The position numbers and the translations under genes are program-made. The notes beneath the pieces were generated by a model. That model saw nothing but the letters and a program-made list of their open reading frames with translations. It ran no database searches and was not told the origin of the DNA. DNA of 63,987 nt, counting the filler, from Thraustochytrium aureum (lineage: Eukaryota): assembly GCA_012862495.1 (NCBI GenBank). It is 7 parts of 5 records of this genome, joined end to end, with 100 filler letters (N's around TTAATTAATTAA, not from the genome) between each part and the next. Parts side by side here need not be neighbours in the genome. Positions count along the whole stretch, not along the records: positions 39,164 to 51,512 come from BLSG01000111.1; positions 51,613 to 56,912 come from BLSG01000111.1; 5 more parts are not named here. One strand, given 5' to 3'. Below, one piece after another: positions 41,243 through 52,446 of this stretch (its first letter is position 1; every line of letters starts with the position of its first letter).

Positions 41243-44200
41243 CGCACGCGGGAGGCGTTGGTTGATCGAGGACCTGGGCTGCGGAGAGCGCGAGGGAGGC
41301 CCTGCTGTCAAAGGCTGAGCGCCCGCTTGCCGTCTTCTCCTTTGGGGTTGGCGATCGATACAGGTCTGCCGCGTCCGGGCTCCACAAATATCACAAATAT
41401 CTGTGCGACTCACGTGACAGCCAGCCAGCCAGCCAGTTCAGTTCCAGAGAGACACGTTGCAGGGGTGAACACAGACCCCAGCTAGAGCTAGAGACTAGGC
41501 TGGAACAAACAGTTGCGAGCACGCAGTGTTCGGTTTGTGACGACTGCCGCGAGGGGCTGTTTCCGTGCGCCGTGGGCGGCGGATGGCCGGTGCAAGCGCC
41601 TAGCTCGGCTCTCCTGTGGCGGCTGGGTAGGTCGGTGCGACGAATTCGTCGAGCCGACCGGGGTTGGATTGCCAAAGTTCCTCTTGCAGCTTGGTCCCTC
41701 CCTCTATCCCCCTATGCCAGCTGAATTGCCGGCCCAGCTTACGACGCCCCGTCTCGCCCGTGTCGATTGCTCACCGAAAGCAATCCGAAAGCGAGTCGGG
41801 TCTTGCCCTGTCCCTACACTCGATCTGAAAGGGCGCAGCCCTCTCACTCGCTTCACCAGCAAACGGTTGCAGTTCAGCTCGACAGGCGAGAGAGCAAGTT
41901 TGCCTGTCAACTCGCTGCTTTCGTGCGCTGGATTCGGGCAGAGCGACGTAGCTTGCGCAGCAGAGCGCCGCCGCNNNNNNNNNNNNNNNNNNNNNNNNNN
42001 NNNNNNNNNNNNNNNNNNNNNNNNNNNNNNNNNNNNNNNNNNNNNNNNNNNNNNNNNNNNNNNNNNNNNNNNNNNNNNNNNNNNNNNNNNNNNNNNNNNN
42101 NNNNNNNNNNNNNNNNNNNNNNNNNNNNNNNNNNNNNNNNNNNNNNNNNNNNNNNNNNNNNNNNNNNNNNNNNNNNNNNNNNNNNNNNNNNNNNNNNNNN
42201 NNNNNNNNNNNNNNNNNNNNNNNNNNNNNNNNNNNNNNNNNNNNNNNNNNNNNNNNNNNNNNNNNNNNNNNNNNNNNNNNNNTGCGATCGGCTACACCTA
42301 CCCACGCACTCGCCGGCGCGGCCCGATGCGGTCAGCCGAGTTCGGGGTGTCTGTCCTCCGCAGTGAGTACTTGTCCCAACGTCACCTTTCGTCTTTGTGA
42401 GTGAGGTGACTCGTTGTGGTGCTGGACTCGTTCGCGGCGTTCGTCGGCCCCAGACAGCGCGTGTAGGTACCGCGTGATTCGGGTACTGCCGCAGGCCGAT
42501 CAGGTGGCAACGCACTCGAGTGCACTCTGCTCGCTAGAGCAGAACATACTACACTCACCACCTGCCAGCCAACCACCGCCTTCCTGCTTGCCCGCCTGCC
42601 ACGCTTGCGCAGCGCATGCCTTCTGGTTTGCGCTGTCCCGACGCGCAAGAACGCAAAAGCAAGCCAGCAGCCGAGGTGGGAGGGAAGGGAGAAGCAAGGG
42701 GTTGATCAAGATGGCCCGCCGCCACGTGGAGCCAGGAGCAGCCAGCCACGCTGGTTAGCACCGCCAATGGCGCGTTCTTCGGCGCTCGAGAGGAGCACGA
42801 ACTGGTCTCGGCAGCAGTGTCGTACTCCAAGCCCGAGCGCCAGCGCGAAAGGATGGTCTCCTCGGCGATCTCGCTTGGATCGAGGCGCGTAGAACTCGCA
42901 CGCGGGCCGCTCGTTCGTTCTTCCCAGCCTCAGCAGCGCCAGGTCAGGCCTCCTGGTTTCACCTTCGTGCAGGCTACGGCAGAGGGCGGTAGGAAGAGCC
43001 GCTCGGATCTCCAGGGCGGCCAAACCGAGAGTCATCCTTGCGCTAACAGTTTGAGTACTCGGCGGTGAGCTGGCTACTTCGGCTCGTGTGACACAGTCAG
43101 TGCGCACTTGACGCTGGGAGAGCGAGGTAGAGGAGCAAAGTGACAAAGTGAGCGGGTGAGTGGGTAACGTGAGTACTGGGAGTACCGGTACTAGCTAGTA
43201 CTTACCCCAACATGATAACCTGCTCCACGTTTCGGTCGAACAATTTGACCTCGCCACGCGGCACCAGAGATCAATCGCACGCTGAGCAACCGAGGCCCTT
43301 GTGAGGCCAACCATGACACGACAATCGTCAGTGGACTCGAGTAGGTACTAGTAGGTAGTGGAGTAGAGTACTCTTGTCAAGTAGAGTACTCTACCTTCTT
43401 ACCTTACCTTACTTTCTTTCCAGTGTCATCCGCTTGGCACGGCATGTAAAATTGCGAGGCTCAGGGCTGCGCAGAGTGCGACATAGCTGCCAGATCGAAT
43501 GTCGCAATGGCATGGCTCGGCAGCAGTGACCAACGAGGATCCGCTTGGCGTTGACGTTGCAGCGAGCTCCAGCTCTTGCTCGACGCTCGAGGAGGGTGGT
43601 GAGGTAGAGTACCCTACTCTATCTTTCTCGAGGCCACCACCACTCCGGCCCAAGCCCCAGTCTGCAAGGGCGCTGCTGCTCTCTTGGAACCTGGTTTGGT
43701 CCGGACGAAGCCTGCACACGGCCACCGGCAACGATATCCGAGGCAATTGGGAGTTGGCCCGAGAGGGCCGGCTGCATGTGCGAAATTCTCTGTGCAGCCT
43801 GGCGCCACCAGAGCGATGGCTTCCACGTCACCCGGCTGCGATCGCAATGCGCAAATAGAGTGTCGGCAACCTTCCTCGGTGTCGGCATCATCATTCCTGC
43901 TGCTGCCACTCGAGCGACCGAACGACGTGCAGGAAAACCGAGTACTTACCGGAACTGAAAAGCACGACAACTAATGAGAGGGGCTGCTTGAGGCCCCGAG
44001 CACAAAGGACGCACACAGATCTGCGACCGGTCGTGACGCTCGCTCGATATGGACAACCTCGATCCACCCACAATCCAACGCACCGAAAGTTGGCCCTGCA
44101 ACACGATTGCGCGAGTTCGACCAGCAAGAACACGACTCCCCTTGCGCGTGCCAGTGCGTACTCGATTTTTTCTTCTGCCAGGTAGGTAGGTAGGTCACCA

Positions 44201-44644
44201 GGTGTTGCACGTTGAGCGCGGACGCGAGGTTGTCCCGGACTCTGCGGTGCAAACACATCGAGGCGGCAGCGCTTCCCACAGTCAACGGAGGTCCCAACAG
44301 AATTCGGCGAAATTGTTCAGACGACGCAACCAAAAAAATCAATCGAGTCTGCTGTTCATGAACAAGGGGGGCTTTTTGTGTCGCGGCGCGCGCCGCGAGT
44401 GCCAAACTGCCAACACGAGGAGGGGATCCGCCTCGCATTGACCAAGCCAGGCCACCGAGCGCAAGCCCTTGGTTTTGCCAACGCGGGTCCTCCTTGGCTT
44501 CGCAAGCAAGGATCAATCCTTGGATTGGTGCCAGCCACAGCGCGCTGCATGCGCGCCAACGAAAAAGATCGGCGCACGCTCGTGAGACCTTGAGAATCCT
44601 CAGGTGGTCAGGCTTGCCGAGCGCCGCTTGTCGAGAATCGCGCG

Positions 44645-45262
44645 TCAAATGGCAGGGCTGAGCAAGACCCGGGCTGTTCCCTTGATTGCATCGCGAAATG
44701 CGCTGCCGCTCTGCTCTGCAAGAGCCACTTGCACGGCGGTGTCGCAGTCCACCACAAAGCGCCCGCGCAAGTTCTTTACGCTGCGTACCGAAATGCTCGC
44801 CTTGACCAGGTCGCCCACGAAGACCGGCGAGCTAAACTGAAGTTGTTGATTGACATACACGGCGCCGGGCAGCCTGCTGGCGAATAGCGTTGGAATCATG
44901 CTCGCGCACAGCAAGCCATGCACGACCGGGCGCGTCCCTGCGGCGCCCGGCTCCAGGTGCACCTCATTCAGGTCCCCCGTCAGCTTGGCAAACGCGTCCA
45001 CTTCTTCCTGCGTGAACCGGCGCCACACGCTCGCGACTTGGCCCTCGCTGACCTCGTCCGTCCCACCTGGCGCCTCGTCGCCGCCTGCCGCTCGAGGCGC
45101 GTCTTGGCCGATTCTTGCGCTGAGGCCCGAGCGTCTGCGGTCCGCGACGTACGTGCCGAGGTCGCCTTGCACAGCGTCGCGGACGCCTTGCCTCGCGTTG
45201 CGGCTTCGAAGTGCGTCGCGCACTGTCCCGAGGAGCACCGTGTTGGGCGGCCGCGGTGCCAT
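44645..45262 (-). CDS. HTD2: MaoC-like hot-dog dehydratase (hydroxyacyl-thioester dehydratase type 2 / R-specific enoyl-CoA hydratase-like)
   Basis: FTQEEVDAFAKLTGDLNEVH hydratase-2 motif, VVHGLL, QQLQFSSPVFVGD. The Arg-rich N-terminus suggests a mitochondrial transit peptide. Confidence 0.8.
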   Translation of the reverse strand: MAPRPPNTVLLGTVRDALRSRNARQGVRDAVQGDLGTYVADRRRSGLSARIGQDAPRAAGGDEAPGGTDEVSEGQVASVWRRFTQEEVDAFAKLTGDLNEVHLEPGAAGTRPVVHGLLCASMIPTLFASRLPGAVYVNQQLQFSSPVFVGDLVKASISVRSVKNLRGRFVVDCDTAVQVALAEQSGSAFRDAIKGTARVLLSPAI

Positions 45263-45702
45263 TGGGCGAGAGCTCAGCTCGGCCGGCGGCGCGAGGCAAG
45301 CTGCCGGCAGGCGGCCCCTCGCAGGCGAGCGAGCAGAACGNNNNNNNNNNNNNNNNNNNNNNNNNNNNNNNNNNNNNNNNNNNNNNNNNNNNNNNNNNNN
45401 NNNNNNNNNNNNNNNNNNNNNNNNNNNNNNNNNNNNNNNNNNNNNNNNNNNNNNNNNNNNNNNNNNNNNNNNNNNNNNNNNNNNNNNNNNNNNNNNNNNN
45501 NNNNNNNNNNNNNNNNNNNNNNNNNNNNNNNNNNNNNNNNNNNNNNNNNNNNNNNNNNNNNNNNNNNNNNNNNNNNNNNNNNNNNNNNNNNNNNNNNNNN
45601 NNNNNNNNNNNNNNNNNNNNNNNNNNNNNNCGTGGGTAGATTGATCGTTACGAGTGAGTACAGTGATGGCCGCGGCTTCTCTGCCGCGGCGGCTCCGGGG
45701 CG

Positions 45703-46578
45703 CTAGGTGAGGCTCAAAAGGAGTGCAGAGGCCACGAGAGCTGCGCCGACCAGAGGCCGAGGCGCGGCCGACAGCACGACCACCGAAGGCGCAGACGTGA
45801 CTGTCGGGCTACTTGAAGGCGTGCTGGGGACGATTGGAGCCATCGTCGGAGCCGGACTCGGCGCTGTCGGCGACGAGGTGGGTTTCGCTGTTGGCGACGC
45901 GGTGGGCGCCGCGCTGCAGTAGCGGTTCTCCGAGCACCTGGGAAATGCCTCAGCCCCGCACGCATTCTCGTCAAAGGAGCAGGTGGTGCTGTCCCCTGTG
46001 CCAACAAAAGTTCCAAAGTCGTCGCACATCGAAACGAGCAAATCTCCCGCGCACCCTTCGAGCCGGTTGTTCGCGAGCGAGAGCGTCTTGAGTGCCGCAA
46101 GCGAGCCATACGAGTCGGGGATCGAGCCCGAGAGCTCGTTCGAATTGAGGACAATGAACTGAGGTTTTCGGCGCCGCTTAGGTCGGGCAACACGCCGCTC
46201 AGCGCGTTCTCTTCCAGGGCCAGTGAAACCAGGCTAGACAGCTCTCCGAGCGAGCTCGGCAAGGTCCCAGAGAGCTGGTTTTCGCCAAGGTCGATCGTTT
46301 CGATTCCCTCTGGCCAGCTCGTGGGGACCTCGCCGGTCAGCTCGTTTTCGCCCAGCTTGAGCGAGGTCAAAGCGACCATGTGCGAGAGGTTGCCTGGAAG
46401 TGAACCTGTGAATCCAAACGCAGTGAGTTCGAGCGCTACCAGCTTTGTGAGGCTGAAGATCTCGCTCGGTATCTCGCCGTTTGGCTTGACCGCCGGGTAC
46501 GAGCACACGATGCGCGTCACGTTCGCACCGGGCAAGGTTGGCCACTCGCTGCAGTCATACTCGACATCGACGCTCACT
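45703..46578 (-). CDS. Extracellular LRR protein with P/T/S stalk and GPI-like C-terminal signal, C-terminal part; frame break near 46150
   Basis: Plant-type LRRs LxLxxNxLxGxxP (LKLGENELTGEVP, IDLGENQLSGTLP, LALEENALSGVLP), APTASPTAKPT stalk, hydrophobic terminus. Confidence 0.75.
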
Positions 46579-47246
46579 NNNNNNNNNNNNNNNNNNNNNN
46601 NNNNNNNNNNNNNNNNNNNNNNNNNNNNNNNNNNNNNNNNNNNNNNNNNNNNNNNNNNNNNNNNNNNNNNNNNNNNNNNNNNNNNNNNNNNNNNNNNNNN
46701 NNNNNNNNNNNNNNNNNNNNNNNNNNNNNNNNNNNNNNNNNNNNNNNNNNNNNNNNNNNNNNNNNNNNNNNNNNNNNNNNNNNNNNNNNNNNNNNNNNNN
46801 NNNNNNNNNNNNNNNNNNNNNNNNNNNNNNNNNNNNNNNNNNNNNNNNNNNNNNNNNNNNNNNNNNNNNNNNNNNNNNNNNNNNNNNNNNNNNNNNNNNN
46901 NNNNNNNNNNNNNNNNNNNNNNNNNNNNNNNNNNNNNNNNNNNNNNNNNNNNNNNNNNNNNNNNNNNNNNNNNNNNNNNNNNNNNNNNNNNNNNNNNNNN
47001 NNNNNNNNNNNNNNNNNNNNNNNNNNNNNNNNNNNNNNNNNNNNNNNNNNNNNNNNNNNNNNNNNNNNNNNNNNNNNNNNNNNNNNNNNNNNNNNNNNNN
47101 NNNNNNNNNNNNNNNNNNNNNNNNNNNNNNNNNNNNNNNNNNNNNNNNNNNNNNNNNNNNNNNNNNNNNNNNNNNNNNNNNNNNNNNNNNNNNNNNNNNN
47201 NNNNNNNNNNNNNNNNNNNNNNNNNNNNNNNNNNGAACTGGACTTG

Positions 47247-48424
47247 ATGGTCAAGGTCACGCTCGTCGTCGGCGCGGGCAAGCTCGCAAGGCAAAAGTAC
47301 GACGCAACCTCGGCAAGTGGGTCTGCACGGCGCTCAAGGACATCGGCTATGAAGACGACAGGGGCGCCAGCGCCACGCTCGAGTGCGCCGGCTCGTTCAA
47401 GTTTCAGCACGACACGGGCAAGAACGAAAAGTTTGTCCACGTCTTCCCCCGCGTCAAAGCGCCTCCGCAAGGCGGCGACGCCGAGGACGGCGTCGGCGCC
47501 GCAGAGGCCGCGCACGAGCAGGGCGGGTCCGGCCTGCCCCTTTCCGCCGAGTGGCTCTGCGTCGCCTCGGAGCTCGAGACGTTCAAGCAGATGGTCAAGG
47601 CCAAGATGCCGGCCTGGCTCGAGAAGCGGCGCTGCCTCGGCATGCTCAAGGACGAGCTCGCACGCTTGCACGAGTGCAACATGAAACTGGCTCGGCTGGA
47701 GACGCTGTCCCCAGAAGAGCAGCGCCTCGTCGACAACGTGGACGAAGACCTCATTACGGCCAAGCAAGCGCACCTCACGGAGCGCATGAAGGCGATGGTC
47801 GACGGCGGCCATCTCACGCAGCGAGAGAAGGATCTCGTTCTGGGCCAGGTCAACGAGCGGCTCCAGGCTGTCTCGGACGAATTGGCACAGTCTGCGGCCG
47901 ACAAGCCCGCCAAGAAGGAGCGCCTTGCGGCTGCGCAAAAGCAGCTCGAGGAGCGCAAGGCCAAGATCGCCCAAGTCGAGCCCATCGTCCACGAGCTGGC
48001 AAACGTGGCTGAGCTGCGCTCGATCTGGCGCAATCTACTGCCAATGGACGCCCTGCTGGAGAAAGCTGGCCCCGTAAGTCTTTGTTGTCGTCGTCGTTGT
48101 TCTTTGGCAAGCCACTGGCCTCGCTTGCGCAAAGTTGCTGACGCGCCCTTGTCGTGTCGCGCCTTCACAGAAAGGGCGCTGGAGCACCAAGCTCTCGCCC
48201 GCCGAGGTCGACAAGCTCGGCGAGAAGGACGAGCTCGACGAGCGCCTCGCAGGCCTGCTCTCTGCGGCCCGCCATTGGTTTGAGGAAACGGACGAGTTCC
48301 AAGCCCGCGTTGACGCTGTCAAGAAGACCATCCAGCCAATCAAGAAAAAGCCTGTCAAGCAAGCTGCCAAGCCGCCAGCTGCGCCCGATGGCTGGTCGAC
48401 CGTAGCCGCGAAGAAGCCGGCCAA
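47247..48424 (+). CDS. Hypothetical coiled-coil protein, partial (intron 48074-48170; frame break near 47307; 3' end in gap)
   Basis: Strong codon bias. Splicing GTAAGT...GCTGAC...CACAG gives EKAGP|KGRWSTK in frame. Confidence 0.7.
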
Positions 48425-49171
48425 NNNNNNNNNNNNNNNNNNNNNNNNNNNNNNNNNNNNNNNNNNNNNNNNNNNNNNNNNNNNNNNNNNNNNNNNNNNN
48501 NNNNNNNNNNNNNNNNNNNNNNNNNNNNNNNNNNNNNNNNNNNNNNNNNNNNNNNNNNNNNNNNNNNNNNNNNNNNNNNNNNNNNNNNNNNNNNNNNNNN
48601 NNNNNNNNNNNNNNNNNNNNNNNNNNNNNNNNNNNNNNNNNNNNNNNNNNNNNNNNNNNNNNNNNNNNNNNNNNNNNNNNNNNNNNNNNNNNNNNNNNNN
48701 NNNNNNNNNNNNNNNNNNNNNNNNNNNNNNNNNNNNNNNNNNNNNNNNNNNNNNNNNNNNNNNNNNNNNNNNNNNNNNNNNNNNNNNNNNNNNNNNNNNN
48801 NNNNNNNNNNNNNNNNNNNNNNNNNNNNNNNNNNNNNNNNNNNNNNNNNNNNNNNNNNNNNNNNNNNNNNNNNNNNNNNNNNNNNNNNNNNNNNNNNNNN
48901 NNNNNNNNNNNNNNNNNNNNNNNNNNNNNNNNNNNNNNNNNNNNNNNNNNNNNNNNNNNNNNNNNNNNNNNNNNNNNNNNNNNNNNNNNNNNNNNNNNNN
49001 NNNNNNNNNNNNNNNNNNNNNNNNNNNNNNNNNNNNNNNNNNNNNNNNNNNNNNNNNNNNNNNNNNNNNNNNNNNNNNNNNNNNNNNNNNNNNNNNNNNN
49101 NNNNNNNNNNNNNNNNNNNNNNNNNNNNNNNNNNNNNNNNNNNNNNNNNNNNNNNNNNNNNNNNNNNNNNN

Positions 49172-51405
49172 GGCAACGGGGCGCCGGCGATCCGCGGCGA
49201 CCACACGCTCGCGCGGTTTCTTGCGCGCAAGGGCGCGGAGGAGGTCGACCTCTACGGCGCCAGCGCGAGCCCCGAGGCGGTCGCCGAGGTGGACCAGTGG
49301 CTCGAGCTGGCCGCCACCCGCTCGCTTGTGGAGGCAAACGCACTGGCCGTGCTCGACGAGCACCTCAAGCTTCGCACCTACGTGGCCGGACACGCGCTGT
49401 CGCTCGCCGACGTCTGCGTCTGGGCCGCGCTCGTGCGCGGGTTCGGCCGCGACCCCGGCTGCTGCGGTCGACGCCGCCAGCGCCCCCCACTGGCGCGCTG
49501 GGCCGCCCTCTGCAAGTCGATCACTGGGTTCGCGATGACGTGCGGAAGGTCCAAAAGCACGTGGCTGCTGGAGCGCAGGCCTCGGACGCAGGGCCCAAGG
49601 GCGCGGGCGGCGCCGAGGACAAGGCCAAGGGCGGCGCCAAGGGCGGCGTCAAGGGCGCCGCCAAGGCCAAGGACCGCTTCAACCTGCCCCCGCTCGAGGG
49701 CGCCAAAGACGGCCAGGTAGTGACGCGGTTCCCACCGGAGCCCAGCGGGCACCTGCACATCGGGCACGTGAAAGCCATCTTCCTCAACAAGTACTACGCC
49801 GAGCGGTACAACGGCAAGATGCTCGTCCGCTTCGACGACACCAACCCGAGCAAAGAAAAGCAAGAGTACGAGGACGGCATCGTCGAGGACCTCGCGCGGC
49901 TCGGCATCGAGGTCCCCGCCGTGACCCACACCTCCGACTACTTTGAGCTCATCCTCAAGTACGCCATCAAGATGGTCGAGGACGGCAACGCCTACATGGA
50001 CGACACCTCGCAAGAGGAGATGAGCCGCCAGCGCATGGAGAGCGAGGAGTCGGCGCGCCGCGACGAGCCCGCGCGCACGAACCTCACCCGCTTCATGGGC
50101 CTGCTCTTCGGGTCGGACGCCAGCAAGAAGGCGGCCGAGTACGGGATCGAGCTCACCCCCGCCGAGCTCAAGTACATCGAGGACGAGAAGGCCGACCTGG
50201 CCACCAAGTGGTGCCTGCGCGCCCGCATCGACCAGGGGACGCGCTCCAAGCACAAGGGCAACAAGGCGCTGTGGGACCCCGTGATCTTCCGCGGCAACTC
50301 GGAGCCGCACGCGCGCACCAAGACAAAATACCGCGCCTACCCGACCTACGACCTGGCCTGCCCCATCGTCGACAGCTATGAGGGCGTCACGCACGCCATG
50401 CGCGACATCCAGTACCGCGACCGGAGCCCGCTGTACGCCTGGTTCTTCCCAGTCCTCGGCATTCGGCCAGTGGCCATCCAGGACTTTTCCCGCATGAACT
50501 TTGTCTACACGCTCATGTCCAAGCGCAAGCTAAAGTGGTTTGTCGACTCGGGCCGCGTCGCGGCCTGGGACGACCCTCGCTTCCCCACCGTCAAGGGCAT
50601 CCTGCGCCGCGGGATGCAGGTGGACGCGCTCTTCGACTTTATGGTCGCGCAGGGCGGCTCCAAGAACTGCATCGACATGGAGTGGGACAAGTTTTGGAAC
50701 CTCAACAAAAAGTACATCGACCCCGTGGCCCCGCGTTTCATGGCCGTCTCCAAGACCAACCACGTCGTGCTGCGCGTTCTCGCCGAGAACGGTGCCGGCC
50801 CTTTCGAGTCCTCGCACAAGACCGTCCCGCTCCTCCCCAAGGACACGGACGGCGCGCAGTTTGGCTTCAAGAGCCTCTTTATGGGCCCGGAGGTCTTGGT
50901 CGAGTTCGAGGACCTCCAGGGCGAGACGGAAGGGGTCGAGAAGGTTGTCGAGGGCGAGCGCATCGTGCTGCTCAACTGGGGTGTTGTGCTCGTCACCAAG
51001 GTCGACCTCGACGCCGGGGGCAAGGTCACCGGCGCGGAGGTCCAGGTCCTCCCGGACGACAAGGATTTCAAGACCCCCAAAAAGAAGATCCACTGGGTGG
51101 TCAAGTCGCCGCACACTGTGCCGGTCAACATGGTCGAGTTCGACCACCTGGTCACCAAGCCCAAGTTTGCGGAGGAAGAGGACTTCCAGGACTTTATCCA
51201 GCCCAAGTCGATGGCGACCACCGAGCTCATCGGCGAGCCAGGGATCCGGAACGTCAAGAAGGACTCGTTCCTCCAGCTTTTGCGTCGCGGCTACTTTCGC
51301 GTCGACGAGCCGCTCCGAGATGGCTCAAACATTGAGCTGTTCATGATTCCGGACGGCAAGACCAAGGCCATGTCGACCCTCAGCACGCAGCTTACGCACC
51401 GTTGA
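49172..51405 (+). CDS. EARS: Cytosolic glutamyl-tRNA synthetase with N-terminal GST-like domain (5' end in gap; frame break ~49460-49520)
   Basis: VTRFPPEPSGHLHIGH, RFDDTNPSKE, YPTYDLACPIVDS, MSKRKL and WDDPRFPTV; GST-like EVDQWLE...LDEHLKLRTYVAGHALSLADVCVW upstream. Confidence 0.93.
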
Positions 51406-52446
51406 GAAGCAGCTGGCGCGCATTTCTTATTGATGCCGGAGCGAGCGCAAACGAACTGCTATTCCTTTCTGCTTTTCTTTTTCGTTTTCAGAACAATCGA
51501 AATCAAATCAATNNNNNNNNNNNNNNNNNNNNNNNNNNNNNNNNNNNNNNNNNNNNTTAATTAATTAANNNNNNNNNNNNNNNNNNNNNNNNNNNNNNNN
51601 NNNNNNNNNNNNTTGGGGGGGCGTGGGGTGGGGTGGGGTGGGCGTGGGGGGGGGAGCGGGTCGCGACCCGCCGTGTGCTTGCTGCAAACCCGCTCGCTCA
51701 CTCGTTGCGCCGCTGGCACGCCGTTCTCGATTTGGTTTGGAACTGTGCCAGCCAGTCGCCTGCGAACGCGTGGAGCTGTGGCGTCACACCAAGGAGGATC
51801 CTCCTTGGCCGTGCTTGGCGTAGGCCTACAAGTGAGGAGCAAAAGAGTTGGTGGGCGGTGTTTCTTCCAGAGCCCCTCCACCGCTCTGTATGCCGACGTG
51901 ATTTCAAGTTGTCCCTTGCCACATGCGCCGGATCCGAACGTCGCCTGCGAATTTGGCTGAAACCGGCAGCGCGCTTGCATCCTCAAGCGCGCGCGCAAGC
52001 CTTGCGACTTTGTGTGTGCAAGTCAAGGACTTGCCAAGGACTCGCTGCCAAGCAACAACGTTGGCCATTCGACAGCGCACGGTTGGCGGCGACGATGCCG
52101 AGCTCGCACAGCGTGGTTGGAAGGCTGTTGCAATAGCTCGGCAAGCGCAAGTGCGTCTCGAATGTAATGGGGTGATGGCAAGGTACCGATGCCGTTTCGA
52201 GGCGTTACGGTCGGAATGCCCGGTGTGGACTGTGGGCGGTTTCAAGGCGTTACAGACCACGACTGGGCCGGTCTCGCCGCGTTGAGGCGGACATTGGATG
52301 GGCTGGGATGGGACGGCTCTGAGATCTCTGAGATGATGAACGGGCAAGCAAAGGACCTTTCGTTGAAAACCTGTCTGCCGTGCAGGATTTGCCAATTGGC
52401 CTCGTCTGGCAGTCTACTACTAGTAGCGTCGATCGTCCAAAGCCCT

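Noticed and set aside
25309..51405. Clustering of two aminoacyl-tRNA synthetase genes
   Set aside because: They lie on different scaffolds separated by artificial spacers.
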